Below, in pieces: positions 40,801-50,349 of a DNA stretch of 64,000 bases (position 1 is its first letter; each line of letters starts with the position of its first letter). This DNA is from Deferribacterales bacterium (GTDB lineage: Bacteria; Chrysiogenota; Deferribacteres; Deferribacterales; Geovibrionaceae), in NCBI GenBank assembly GCA_050253075.1, contig JBFWJS010000005.1:83237-147236 (forward strand). The letters run 5' to 3'. Position numbers and translations under genes: made by a program. The notes below the pieces were generated by a model. The model saw only the letters and a program-made list of their open reading frames with translations, had not been told where the DNA came from and did no database searches.

Positions 40801-40952
40801 TCTGGGTCCGGATCTGGGTCTGTTGAACCACCACCCGGGTCTGGTGTCGGCGCTACTGTTGTGGAACTTCCGCCCGAATTCCCAAGGAAGTTACAGCCGC
40901 CGGCTAAAAGGACCAGCGCTAAGATAACCGACAATGCGATTACACGTTTCAT
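37812..40952 (-). CDS. Large acidic lipoprotein with ELWxxDGT repeats
   Basis: Lipobox-like LAGGC, PD linker, about 12 (L)W.SDGT.AGT repeats. Confidence 0.88.
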   Translation of the reverse strand: MKRVIALSVILALVLLAGGCNFLGNSGGSSTTVAPTPDPGGGSTDPDPDPDPDPVTGSETGVFVDSPVVNLSYETTPTGITGTTDENGGFEYNEGDTITFKAGDIVLGSAPAGPYITPHSLFPGDEERALNLAQFLQSIDSNGDPSDGITPDEDALAALINADFSSSGFEQWLRDTLPQGLRFVEREEAMEHMEDTFNELAIDPDGTVQSTERIFAGYDAERGLELWMTEDGKELKFVKDLNSATERAFPENFVMVGSDFYFTTVSDNGGSLWKSDGTEAGTVLVKEFTNEMYSLAAFDDSTLIFRVNDSVHGSELWISDGTEAGTVMLKDIIPGPNGSFPYSFTSFKGKSYFSAAMESMGVYVVGVTDGTEAGTVAVQDVNGNLIPQTDRAIIQVAGEYIWFETPDKLYVSDGTKTVDAMDIEANSALLTFKDDLYVQTSTTIYRLTPADAAEALTNEAQLVAPASYAYPANNTIRNSFIYNTDKSMVAGEDSIFLLMRDTSDSYNARIYYSDGTGDPFANVLSVSDSYTYGRAFVMNEDVYFLYYNVLYKADITAGTISAVTSKVDGIKSFYQLGDELLFYGYDVDDEYGFWSTDGTDAGTTLIKSIGDIDIPSRDYNAHVELNGKVYFSGMFEGKFEPWMSDGTAAGTAILKDANTTPSNGLNMYIASVKAEHGYVLKSVDYKLWTSDGTEAGTLAAEDTIGSINTIYSVGGYGVAVTCTGDCQFVRSDGTQAGTELFGDIYGDIEVLTVFGDKILFIGETTDTFDDIYFIMDVQGNVTRLEDIDGNHYDGDLDIIKAIAVDDELAIVAMNSADETLLYVYLTDGTQDGTSLAGEIQLNDVLNDSSSNSFQYAGGKLFTLVAMDDGTSTLWATDLTTMSSVKLRDFLSTEYATGLLTVEDDYYYTFKAEDLSSEYLWKTDGTVDGSVLVHTVAKPDSIPPVPIPLIYPTLLVDDIFYVGIYGENGIVTHLIRNSLGTVKELDVEAAGLDGFSMLSSIYYTGVVPETGYSLKWFQNDTTGEIFLVRILGSSMIKVMEGPVGLSS

Positions 40953-41179
40953 TAGTGTCTCCTTTAATGTGATAATAATAGATACATAGAAACATAAATA
41001 ACTGAGTTAAAGAAGATTATACCTAGAAAATTAACAGGGCAACTAATAATGAAGTGAACTAATGTTAAAATTACCAATCTGTGAGACATGTACTGGAAAA
41101 TATGTATAAGGATTGAATTTTATCATTAATAATGAAAACTTACCTATGTTCACGGCATCAGATTATGAAAAACTTAAAC

Positions 41180-41235
41180 GTCACTGAGAAGCCGGCAGGG
41201 CTGTGGCACTAGCCGAAGGTTTTCCTCGCAATGAC
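41180..41235. repeat. Degenerate or collapsed copy of the REP/RPE-like element
   Basis: GTCACTGAGAAGCC..GGGCTGTGGCACTAG...CCTCGCAATGAC. Confidence 0.65.
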
Positions 41236-41269
41236 TTTCACGCTCCAGAGCCGGAGTCTGAGACAGCAT

Positions 41270-41300
41270 AAAAAAAGGTCAACTCCGTAAAAGCTGACCT
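41270..41300 (-). terminator. tRNA terminator
   Basis: AGGTCAGC..GTTGACCT followed by TTTTTT on the minus strand. Confidence 0.75.
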
Positions 41301-41309
41301 TAGTTAAAA

Positions 41310-41382
<73 letters not shown>

Positions 41383-41467
41383 ATGCATATTCGAAAGAAA
41401 CGGTCTCAAATGCTGACCGAGACAATTTATTACATACTTTTCATACATATGTCAAACAAAAAGAGCT

Positions 41468-42349
41468 CTATAGACTGTAAGTTACAGGTATATAATAGCT
41501 GAGCACGAACAGGTCGTCGTCAGAGAGGAAGTGATTCTTTTCATAAACGGCGTAGGCAGGGAGGGTCGTCGTCTCATAGCCGTTTGCGGGAAACCAGTCG
41601 TTATAAACCCACTGCATGAATTTCAGCACGTCGCCGTACCTCCCCTGCAGGTCGAAACGGGCAAATATCCCGCCCGGGATGGTCGTCCGGGGGAGCTCTG
41701 TTTCCACCCCCTCTTTCATACCGTCTATGCTGAGACAGGCGATGTAGCTGCACTCGCTAAGAGGTGTAAATGACGGGTTATCGTGATGCAGTCCTATCTG
41801 TATGCTGTTCTCCGCATTCATTTTCAGAGCCCACATATACAGCTTTTCCCACGTGCGCTTTATCGTGCGCCCGTATCCGTTGTGCCTGATGTATACGCAA
41901 GTCATCTTAGGCATGCGCACCATCTTCGGCTTCAGGTTTTCAAAGGTCATCTCGCTGTTCTTTGCCCAGTCGGATGTGCTGATGATGTCTGCAGAATATT
42001 TCCTGTATCCGTCCCTGCGCCATTCCTTCGGCGACATGCCGAACCTGTCTCGGAAAACCTTGTTAAAAGAAGACTGTGAAGCGTATCCGCAGACGGACGT
42101 TATCTCTGATATAGTCGAATGCTTGTTTGTGATGAGCAGGTTAGCCGCCTTGTGCAGGCGTATCTGTTTTATGGATTCGTATATATTCTTTCCAAAGACA
42201 TCCTTGAACACACGCTGAAGGTGAAACCTGCTGACCTTCAGGTCGTCCGCAAGCTCCTCAATGTTGATGTCGGTATCTATATACTTATAGATGTAATACA
42301 GGGCATCGTTTGCCATCTTCGAGTGATTCAGCAGGGTTGTTTTCTTCAT
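41468..42349 (-). CDS. AraC family regulator with GyrI-like effector domain
   Basis: SRFHLQRVF, CGYASQSSF..F...FGMSP, HDNP..TP..C.Y.AC; start re-called to MKKTT. Confidence 0.9.
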   Translation of the reverse strand: MKKTTLLNHSKMANDALYYIYKYIDTDINIEELADDLKVSRFHLQRVFKDVFGKNIYESIKQIRLHKAANLLITNKHSTISEITSVCGYASQSSFNKVFRDRFGMSPKEWRRDGYRKYSADIISTSDWAKNSEMTFENLKPKMVRMPKMTCVYIRHNGYGRTIKRTWEKLYMWALKMNAENSIQIGLHHDNPSFTPLSECSYIACLSIDGMKEGVETELPRTTIPGGIFARFDLQGRYGDVLKFMQWVYNDWFPANGYETTTLPAYAVYEKNHFLSDDDLFVLSYYIPVTYSL

Positions 42350-42452
42350 AAATTTAAAATTAGCAAAAATAGACAATTTTACAAGCAAAAATAATAAAGA
42401 ATAAGTAAACCAGACGTACTATTATCCTGTGAAAAGGACTAGGGGGTAGTCT

Positions 42453-43571
42453 ATGAAAAGATCATTTATAAGAGAGATCCTCGAATCTATCAACGAAGAA
42501 ACGATATCCTTTGCAGGGGGGCTTCCCGACGACAAGCTCTTTCCTCTGGAAGGGATGCAGGAAGCTGCTGCGAAGGCCATGCTCAACTCTTCAAATCTGC
42601 AGTATTCCACCAGCGGAGGCATCATGCCACTGCGTGAGAAGATAGCAGAGCTCCATACCGAAGAGGGCTTTCCCACAGAAGCGGAAAACATCCTTATCAC
42701 CACAGGCAGCCAGCAGGGCTTATATGCCGCTGCAAAATATTTCGAAGAGAGACAGATAGTCATCGAGTCGCCTTCATACCTCGGCGCCGTGAATATCTTC
42801 AGAGCAAACAACATGTTTATGCTTTCCGTACCGCTCACACAGAACGGCATAGACATAGAGCTCTTCGCCGAGAAGTTCCACAGGGCAAAGCTGACATACC
42901 TTATACCTGATTTCCAGAACCCTACAGGACACAGACATTCGCTGGAGAACAGACAGCAGACAGCCGATGTTGTCTATAACAACAGAGGGCTCATCATCGA
43001 AGACGCTCCGTACAACGAGCTGTACTTCGACGAACGTTACCCCAGCATCTCGTCCATGATACCGGACAACAGTATCTACATGGGCTCATTCTCCAAAACC
43101 CTGACACCGGGGCTGCGCATAGGCTGGGTAAGGGCAAAGAAAGAGATAATAGACAGACTGACAGCCATAAAGGAAACCATAGACCTGCACACAAGCACCG
43201 TCACACAGCACATACTGTATGAGTTCCTGAAAGACGATGTGACATATAAAGAGCATAAAAACATGCTGAGAAGAGAATACAAAGCAAAGATGGAAGTATT
43301 CGCAAACGCCCTGCGCAAATATCTGCCTGATTTCGAATTTACCAACCCTTCAGGCGGTATGTTCATATACGGCAGGCTGAAAGGCGTGGATACATACGAC
43401 ATGATACAGGAATGCATGAAGGAAAAGGTCGTCTTCGTACCGGGAAACCAGTTTTACAACGACAGGGACACCTGCGACGAGATACGCTTTAACTTCACCC
43501 ACAGCTCTCCTGAGATAATAGAGGAAGGGCTGAAACGCATCAGAAACATCTACGAATCTGTACACGTATAA
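42453..43571 (+). CDS. PLP-dependent aminotransferase (class I/II, MocR/ARO8-like)
   Basis: ISFAGGLP, FQNPTG, EDAPY, GSFSKTLTPGLRIGW; divergent from the AraC gene. Confidence 0.92.
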   Translation: MKRSFIREILESINEETISFAGGLPDDKLFPLEGMQEAAAKAMLNSSNLQYSTSGGIMPLREKIAELHTEEGFPTEAENILITTGSQQGLYAAAKYFEERQIVIESPSYLGAVNIFRANNMFMLSVPLTQNGIDIELFAEKFHRAKLTYLIPDFQNPTGHRHSLENRQQTADVVYNNRGLIIEDAPYNELYFDERYPSISSMIPDNSIYMGSFSKTLTPGLRIGWVRAKKEIIDRLTAIKETIDLHTSTVTQHILYEFLKDDVTYKEHKNMLRREYKAKMEVFANALRKYLPDFEFTNPSGGMFIYGRLKGVDTYDMIQECMKEKVVFVPGNQFYNDRDTCDEIRFNFTHSSPEIIEEGLKRIRNIYESVHV

Positions 43572-43598
43572 AAAAAGGCGGGGCAAAAACCCCGCCTT
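43570..43598. terminator. Intrinsic terminator between convergent genes
   Basis: AAGGCGGGG-loop-CCCCGCCTT with A-tract. Confidence 0.8.
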
Positions 43599-43620
43599 AT
43601 CTATTTTCTACTTAATCTAC

Positions 43621-45384
43621 TTAGTAAGTAAATTGTTTCTGAACACCGAATACTCTTCCGTATACGTCGAATACTTCGAAGTTTGCGTTGTATGAGTGAC
43701 CGGATGTAAATGTGGTTGCGTTAGCCACGATGCTTGTTGTATCGAATGGGATGCTTCCGCCGTCGTCATCGCCGTCGCTGCCGCCTTCGAAAACGTTATA
43801 GCCGCCTTCATTGTCATAAACATCAAGCTGCACTTCGGAAACGTTTGCATTATCTGTGTGAGTAAAAGCAAATGTTACAGTACCGTCTGTGTTTTGTGTA
43901 ACGGTGAGCGTCGGGATGAACTCATCCAGAACAGCCTCAGTAGGACAAGCAGGGAGAGTGAGCTCTATGCCGTCTGTTGTGCCGTCTGTGTAGTCCACAT
44001 GCAGATCGATGTCTCTGGCAGCGCATATGTCTGCAGAGTATGTTACGTCGTACTGCTGGTTGCCTGTGTAGTAATAAGGATATGTCTCACTTGTGTACAG
44101 GTGGTATTCGTTGCTGTCGTCGTTAGGGTTGATGAAAAGCTCTACAGTACTAGGAAAGAAGCCTGCATCGAGATATACGTTATCGATAGGGTAAAGGTCT
44201 GTCTCTGTGACATCCGCCCAAAATCTGCTCTCGATAGTGCCGTCGCCTGTGTCGTAGAAGCCCATGTTCACCCAGAACTCAGACTTTTTCTGGTTACCGA
44301 TGAGAGCCCACTTCTGTGTGGCTTCATCATATGTAACATACATAGGAGCTGCCTTGTATGATGCCTCTTTTGAGTCGTCATAGTTCTCTTCCTCAACCAC
44401 TTCGCCGTTGAGCTTAAGCTGTGTGTGTGAAGCGATGAATACTTTATAAGTAGTATCGTTCACTTTAACAGCTTTTGCATCTGAGCTGACGAGAGTCAAA
44501 GTGAGACCGGCATCTTGCATATCGGTTAATTCACTCTGAATGTTTGTAAGCCAGTGTTCTGCATCATATCCGTCTGTGAGGAAATCTGTGCTGAGGCTGG
44601 CTGCGAGTGTTGTAATGTCGCCTGTGGCATAAGCGTTGAATACGCCTTCGATGATCTCGGAAGCTGTTTCTGCATCATTAGATGAAGCAGGAACGACAAA
44701 TCCGCCTGTTGATATCTCTTCATAAATTTCAGAGCTTTCGAAAGCAGAAGCGAGAACAGTCGAAACACTCACACCGTTCTCAGCGTTTTGCCATGTGAGA
44801 GCATTCGTGTAGGACTGCCTGAGGCTTTCAAATGTACCGTCATTTTCAACAGACTCTCTGAATGTTGTCACGTCGATATCAAGTGTAGCATCAGAAAACC
44901 CTGCAAGAAGCTGAGCAGCACTGGCGCTGTTGTTGTTTGCCTCGAGAGCACCTACATAAGCCTGCAGGATATCTACGAAAAGTGTCGATTCAGGGTCTGT
45001 GGCACCTAAATCAACGCCGCCGTCTGTGGATGCAAGAGAGGAGAAGAAGTTCTTGAGAACAAGGTCTCCTGCGTGGGCTTCAACGTATCCCACAGCATCT
45101 TCGGAATAGTTTCTGACAACACAAGAGTATTCGCCGTTGCCGTCGTCAGTCATTTGATATGTTGTACCGTCTGCGAGAGTAAGAGTAACGCTGATGGCTG
45201 TTGCTCTTGATAAGCTGTCGTCAAAAAATCCTGACGGTGTACCTGTCAGAGACAGAGTTGTTTTGATCTCTACATCTGTAGAGTCGTCTGTTCCTGCATT
45301 ATCTGAGCTGCTTCCGCTGCCGCCACCACATGCGACAAGCGTGAGCATTACAGCTGTCATAAGCAGGTTTCTTAATAGTTTCAT
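43621..45384 (-). CDS. Large acidic surface lipoprotein, unknown function
   Basis: Lipobox LVAC then GGGSGSSS linker; D/T/S-rich; start re-called to MKLLRN after GGAGG. Confidence 0.8.
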   Translation of the reverse strand: MKLLRNLLMTAVMLTLVACGGGSGSSSDNAGTDDSTDVEIKTTLSLTGTPSGFFDDSLSRATAISVTLTLADGTTYQMTDDGNGEYSCVVRNYSEDAVGYVEAHAGDLVLKNFFSSLASTDGGVDLGATDPESTLFVDILQAYVGALEANNNSASAAQLLAGFSDATLDIDVTTFRESVENDGTFESLRQSYTNALTWQNAENGVSVSTVLASAFESSEIYEEISTGGFVVPASSNDAETASEIIEGVFNAYATGDITTLAASLSTDFLTDGYDAEHWLTNIQSELTDMQDAGLTLTLVSSDAKAVKVNDTTYKVFIASHTQLKLNGEVVEEENYDDSKEASYKAAPMYVTYDEATQKWALIGNQKKSEFWVNMGFYDTGDGTIESRFWADVTETDLYPIDNVYLDAGFFPSTVELFINPNDDSNEYHLYTSETYPYYYTGNQQYDVTYSADICAARDIDLHVDYTDGTTDGIELTLPACPTEAVLDEFIPTLTVTQNTDGTVTFAFTHTDNANVSEVQLDVYDNEGGYNVFEGGSDGDDDGGSIPFDTTSIVANATTFTSGHSYNANFEVFDVYGRVFGVQKQFTY

Positions 45385-45620
45385 ATAACCTCCAAGTATT
45401 AAGTTCTTTTCCCAGTGCGAATGGAAAGTAATAAAATATACCCCCGCAAAATATGCAAAACAAGTTATATTTACCAATTCATATATATGTCAAACCATTG
45501 TCAATTTTATTAATTTCCGTAAACTACTATTTCTTATGATGTTTTCATAATCACCAATGTCTGAAACTCTTATAAAAAATAAAATTATATTCATGCAAGG
45601 TTTGCATCGGCATTTTATAT

Positions 45621-46607
45621 ATGTTAAGTTCAAAAATGCTTCATAGAATAATCAAAGATAAAGACTCACCCGATGAGCACAGACATAAAGTCAGCAAAAA
45701 TACAAAAAGACTAATAATCCCGAAGAAGTACACCATAATCAGATGGCTTACACAGAATTTCTTCATAATAATAGGCAGTGTGATATCCGCACTGGGCTAT
45801 GTTCTCTTTCAGATACCGTTCGACCTCGCCGCAGGCGGTGTGACAGGCCTCGCCATCATCCTGTATAAACTGGTCAATATCCCCGCAGACACCTCATATC
45901 TTGTACTCAATATACCATTGATGATTTTAGGATATTACACACTGGGAAAGATGAAGTTCCTGTCCTCCACCATGGTAGCAGTATTGACATTTTACCTTTC
46001 CACAAAGCTTTTCCTTGTCTATCTGCCGATATGGTTAACTCAGTATCCGATATCTCAGGACATGCTGCTGAGCAGTATATACTCCGGCGTTCTCTTCGGT
46101 ATAGGGATGGGCATCATATACCGTGCAGGCGGAACACTCGGCGGAACAAGCATCCCCGCTAGGATAATACAGCAAAAGACAGGATTCCCCCTTTCGCAGT
46201 CCTTTATGGTCACAGACCTTTCGATAATAATACTTGCAGGCTTCATCTTCAGCTGGGAGATAGCACTCCTCGCCATACTAGCACTGCTGCTCTCGGGCAT
46301 GGTCTCCGACTTTGTCATGGAGGGGAGCTCACAGGTGCGCACCGCTTTCATCATCACAAAGCATCCGAATGTACTAAGCAACACCCTCATGGCAGAGCTG
46401 GGCAGAGGCGTCAGCACATGGACCATACAGGGGGGATACTCCCAGACAGACCAGACAATGGTCTACTGCACAGTGCGAAGATCTCAGGTTTCCGAGCTGA
46501 AATACCTCGTGGCTGCCGTGGATGAAAAAGCATTCCTTGTCATCGGCACAGCACAGCAGGCGTGGGGCGGCGTAGGCTTCAACTCTCTCAAAGCTCCTAA
46601 AAACTAA
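45621..46607 (+). CDS. YitT family membrane protein
   Basis: AAGGVTGLA, LNIPL, GGTLGG, LGRGVS, D..AF. Confidence 0.9.
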   Translation: MLSSKMLHRIIKDKDSPDEHRHKVSKNTKRLIIPKKYTIIRWLTQNFFIIIGSVISALGYVLFQIPFDLAAGGVTGLAIILYKLVNIPADTSYLVLNIPLMILGYYTLGKMKFLSSTMVAVLTFYLSTKLFLVYLPIWLTQYPISQDMLLSSIYSGVLFGIGMGIIYRAGGTLGGTSIPARIIQQKTGFPLSQSFMVTDLSIIILAGFIFSWEIALLAILALLLSGMVSDFVMEGSSQVRTAFIITKHPNVLSNTLMAELGRGVSTWTIQGGYSQTDQTMVYCTVRRSQVSELKYLVAAVDEKAFLVIGTAQQAWGGVGFNSLKAPKN

Positions 46608-46652
46608 TCCGCACATACCCGACATACCCGAAATTCTGCAGAAGCGTCTATT

Positions 46653-46863
46653 TTTACATCCTGATTTACATCAAATCCGTCTATAGCTCTTACATTTTTA
46701 CACAATACTAATTTAATCTGATTCTATAACAGTCTAATAAATAGCGTCTTTTTCGCTATTAATATTTTACATTTTTCTTTACATTTTTAGTGTAAAATCT
46801 CTTTACATGCATTTACATAAATGGTATATAAATAACTGTGAGTTATGGAATTTAGATTTACAT
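46653..46863. repeat. Array of ten (T/C)TTACA(T/C) motifs
   Basis: Copies at 46653, 46665, 46689, 46697, 46766, 46778, 46790 (inverted), 46802, 46812, 46857. Confidence 0.75.
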
Positions 46864-46887
46864 TTTATTTATAATGAGAGGTTACAA

Positions 46888-48015
46888 ATGGTTACTAAAA
46901 AGGTTATGGCTACATCTAAGGTTTTTATGTTCAGCGACTCCTATGATAAAAAGTCCCTCGGCGAAATGCTCTCCCGTGCTGCAATCCTCAATACAACGAT
47001 AAGCGACATCCCCATGCTCCCTCAGCAGGCAGCAGACATCGATACGGAGATACTCGCTTCATCCATCACAGGCACAGCAGCAATAGACGGAAATCCGTTC
47101 ACTGAGCAGGACATTCGCACTGTCATTGAAAAAAATGATGTAGAAAATTACTCACTTAACCACAAAATAGAGATAGAAAACCTCATAGCAGCCTACGAAT
47201 CACTCGATAATTTCGAGACAAAGGGTGAAAACTTCATCATAACCGAAGAGTTCATCAAAACCCTCCACTACTCACTCACAAAAAACCTCACATACAAAAG
47301 CAACACACCCGGAGAATACAGAGACAAGCTGGTAAAGGTCGGTTCCGAACAGCACGGCGGTATCTACAGACCACCATCGACTCTCAACGATATAGAAAAC
47401 CTCATGGCTTCCTTTGTGGAATGGATAAACAGCGAAGAACTGCTGAACGCATCACCTTTCATCAGAGCATCACTCGCACACTATCACCTTTCCCTCATCC
47501 ACCCTTTCTTCTCAGGCAACGGACGCACCGCAAGGCTTCTTGAGGCTTACATCCTGCACGCTGCAAACATTCGCAATGTTTCAAAAATGCTCGCAGGCTA
47601 CTATTACAAAAACATGGACAGATACTTCCTCTCCTTCAGCCAGACAAAGCGAAAGGGGAAGGACACTACGCCATTCCTTATGTTCGTCCTCGAGGCTGTA
47701 AACGCATGTCTGGACGAGCTTAAGAACCGTGTCTACGGATACCTGTATGACCTCACCATGAGAGAATTCCTCACTATTATGAAAAACGACGGAGACCTGA
47801 ACACGAGACAGTACGAGCTTGTACTTCTTATGATGGACGAAGATGTAGAGATAAGCCTTAATTCACTTCAGACAGAGAAGCCCTTCGTATACCTCTACAG
47901 CGATGTGACAGAGCAGACGGCAAGGCGTGACATAAAGAAACTGTCAGACCTGAACCTGCTCCGTACGGAAGACGGCAAAAGTTTTCACCTCTGCTTTGAT
48001 ATGCTGATGTTTTAA
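46888..48015 (+). CDS. Fic family protein with C-terminal winged-HTH
   Basis: HPFFSGNGRTAR, N-terminal TAAIDGN, EQTARRDIKKL; start re-called after GAGAGG. Confidence 0.9.
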   Translation: MVTKKVMATSKVFMFSDSYDKKSLGEMLSRAAILNTTISDIPMLPQQAADIDTEILASSITGTAAIDGNPFTEQDIRTVIEKNDVENYSLNHKIEIENLIAAYESLDNFETKGENFIITEEFIKTLHYSLTKNLTYKSNTPGEYRDKLVKVGSEQHGGIYRPPSTLNDIENLMASFVEWINSEELLNASPFIRASLAHYHLSLIHPFFSGNGRTARLLEAYILHAANIRNVSKMLAGYYYKNMDRYFLSFSQTKRKGKDTTPFLMFVLEAVNACLDELKNRVYGYLYDLTMREFLTIMKNDGDLNTRQYELVLLMMDEDVEISLNSLQTEKPFVYLYSDVTEQTARRDIKKLSDLNLLRTEDGKSFHLCFDMLMF

Positions 48016-49059
48016 TTATTTAATGAATTTGCTGAATTTCTCGCCGAAGTCGTCGAGACTGTAAACGGTGACAGATTTATCATGTTCATTAAGGAGCTCT
48101 GCCAGAGCCTCCCAGTCGTCCTTAGGATAGACGTTTTTAGATATCTCGGGGAGAACGCCCGTGTCGGATGTGATGAGAGGCACACCGCAAGCCATGGCTT
48201 CCATCCCCACCCTGCATATTGCCTCTGAGCCAAGAGAGGATACAACGCACACATCGAGGCTGTTGTATATATCCGCAATATCATCCCTCTTTCCCGTTAT
48301 CAGGCTTATATCTTTTATACCGTGCTCTGTGAGCATGCGTTCTATCTCTGCCTCACTGCTGACAGCGTCGAACCCTGCTATGAGCAGACGTATGTCTTTA
48401 CGTCCGTTATGATAAAGTTTTGAGACCGCCCTGATGAGGTTCTCGTGTCCTTTGATAGGGTCAAATCTGCCGACTATCCCCACCACAAAGTTTTCATCGG
48501 TATAGCCGAATTCGTCCCTTAGCTTTATACGTGCGAAACCGCTCGGTTTGAATATATCAGTATCCACACCGCCGTATATGACATTCAGCCCTATTTCAGG
48601 CGTGTCAAAGATGTCTCTGTACTGCTGTTTGATGAATTCCCCTGATGTGATTATGGCATCGGTGCATCTGTTGTGAAAGAATTTGTTCAGCTTCCCCGGT
48701 TTCGGAGGACGGATGTCTCCACGGACACGCAGGAGCTTATATTTCTGTTTAGTGACCCGTCTGTAGGCAAAATAGCCATAAAATTCTCCCCTGTTGCATA
48801 TGACGATCTCCGGGTCAAAGGTCATCATCAGCTTATCCATTGCGCCCATAGCAGCCAGCACCCTGAAAGGGTCTGATTTGTTAATATCGGCCTCGAACGT
48901 TTCGAGGCCGATATCATGAGCTTTAAGGACAGGAGGTGTGCCAGGCAGACCGCAGACAAGGACATCGTGTCCTCTGCGCTTGAGGACCGATGAAAGGTTC
49001 ACGGCATACCAGGCAGTTGCGTTAAACCACCTGACGTTTATCACGTTCAGGATACGCAC
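48016..49059 (-). CDS. Glycosyltransferase family 4
   Basis: VGRFDPIKG, SEAICRVGMEAMACGVP. Confidence 0.9.
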   Translation of the reverse strand: MRILNVINVRWFNATAWYAVNLSSVLKRRGHDVLVCGLPGTPPVLKAHDIGLETFEADINKSDPFRVLAAMGAMDKLMMTFDPEIVICNRGEFYGYFAYRRVTKQKYKLLRVRGDIRPPKPGKLNKFFHNRCTDAIITSGEFIKQQYRDIFDTPEIGLNVIYGGVDTDIFKPSGFARIKLRDEFGYTDENFVVGIVGRFDPIKGHENLIRAVSKLYHNGRKDIRLLIAGFDAVSSEAEIERMLTEHGIKDISLITGKRDDIADIYNSLDVCVVSSLGSEAICRVGMEAMACGVPLITSDTGVLPEISKNVYPKDDWEALAELLNEHDKSVTVYSLDDFGEKFSKFIK

Positions 49060-49070
49060 CTCGTACTCTT

Positions 49071-50198
49071 TTAATCCGCCTGATTTCTGAGGTAAGCCGG
49101 CAGTTCGGATTCTTCCTCGTTGAAGTCAGACAGAGTTTTTAACCTGTGATCATTTTTTCGGATGCTTCCGAGTGTTCTTTTAATATCGTTACCGCTTGTA
49201 GCTTTCTCGGCAAAGCTCTCAAGGTCTACGGCCTTTTTTTCGCGAGATTTACCAAGCCCCGTGGCAACGACTGTCACTCTGATCTCGCCGTTCATGTTAG
49301 GGTCAAGCACAACACCCTTAAAGATGTTTGCATCTTCGCCTGCGGCTTCATAGATCTTGAGTGCGATGTTTTCCATCTCCTGCATGCGGAAGTCCATACC
49401 GCATGTGATGTTCAGCAGCAGAGCTTCTGCGCCGTTGATGGATGCATCAGTGATAAGCGGAGAATTAAGGGCACGCTCTGCGGCCATAAGGTCTCTGTTC
49501 TCCCCTTCGCCCACACCGATACCCATGAGAGCCATACCTTTGGAACCCATGATGGTGCGGATATCTGCGAAGTCGACATTCACGACACCGCTGGAGTTAA
49601 TAGCGTCTGAGATACCCTGTACGCCCTGACGGAGAACATCGTCTGCCATCTTGAACGCTTCGTCAAAGAGTGTGTTCTCTTTGCACTGGTCGAGTATCTT
49701 GTCGTTGTGAACAACGATATATGTGTCAACATGCTCTTTAAGGAACTTAAGTCCTTGGTCAGCAAATGTATTTCTCTTTTTACCTTCGAAAGCGAAAGGC
49801 TTAGACACAACAGCAACGGTAAGTGCGCCGAGGTCCTTTGCAATGCTCGCAATAACAGGCGCAGCACCTGTGCCTGTTCCGCCGCCCATGCCTGCTGTTA
49901 CAAACACGAGGTCGGCTCCTTTGAGCTGCTCTTCTATCGCTTCCATATCTTCGATAGCGGATTTCTTACCCACTTCAGGGTTACCGCCGGCGCCGAGTCC
50001 ACGAGTGATAGTGGTTCCCAGCTGTATCTTCACCGGGGCGAGGTTCGCCTTCAGTGCCTGAGCATCAGTGTTTGCCGCGATAAAATCGACATCCTCTATG
50101 CCCTCTCGTATCATGTTGTTTACAGCATTGCCGCCTGCGCCGCCAACACCTACAACCTTGATGACCGCGTTACTGGCGATCTCAGTGAATTCAAACAT
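49071..50198 (-). CDS. ftsZ: Cell division protein FtsZ
   Basis: [23 protein letters not shown]-terminal LPAYLR; start after AGGAGG. Confidence 0.98.
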   Translation of the reverse strand: MFEFTEIASNAVIKVVGVGGAGGNAVNNMIREGIEDVDFIAANTDAQALKANLAPVKIQLGTTITRGLGAGGNPEVGKKSAIEDMEAIEEQLKGADLVFVTAGMGGGTGTGAAPVIASIAKDLGALTVAVVSKPFAFEGKKRNTFADQGLKFLKEHVDTYIVVHNDKILDQCKENTLFDEAFKMADDVLRQGVQGISDAINSSGVVNVDFADIRTIMGSKGMALMGIGVGEGENRDLMAAERALNSPLITDASINGAEALLLNITCGMDFRMQEMENIALKIYEAAGEDANIFKGVVLDPNMNGEIRVTVVATGLGKSREKKAVDLESFAEKATSGNDIKRTLGSIRKNDHRLKTLSDFNEEESELPAYLRNQAD

Positions 50199-50300
50199 TA
50201 ATTCCTCCTGCAGAAAGCTCAACTTCTGCGTGTTGTCCTTAAATAGTACGCTCGATATATACTTCTTGATGAGTCGTCCTGACCATCTCGTATATGTCAT

Positions 50301-50336
50301 GGAAGATCACCACAGCCCTTTGGGCTTCGCGATGAC
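50301..50336. repeat. Half copy of the REP/RPE-like element in the ftsA-ftsZ spacer
   Basis: GGAAGATCACCACAGCCCTTTGGGCTTCGCGATGAC, near-identical to 52429-52465. Confidence 0.8.
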
Positions 50337-50349
50337 CTTAAAACACTTC

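Noticed and set aside
40792..40822. Short tandem DNA repeat as a phase-variation site
   Set aside because: Degenerate hexamers encoding an in-frame Pro-Asp linker; unit changes would not shift the frame.
46807..46887. Upstream start of the Fic ORF
   Set aside because: It lies in the AT-rich motif array without an RBS; the ATG at 46888 has GAGAGG.
50199..50300. 34-aa N-terminal extension of FtsZ in the ORF track
   Set aside because: It runs through hairpin/repeat DNA; a strong AGGAGG precedes the ATG at 50198.
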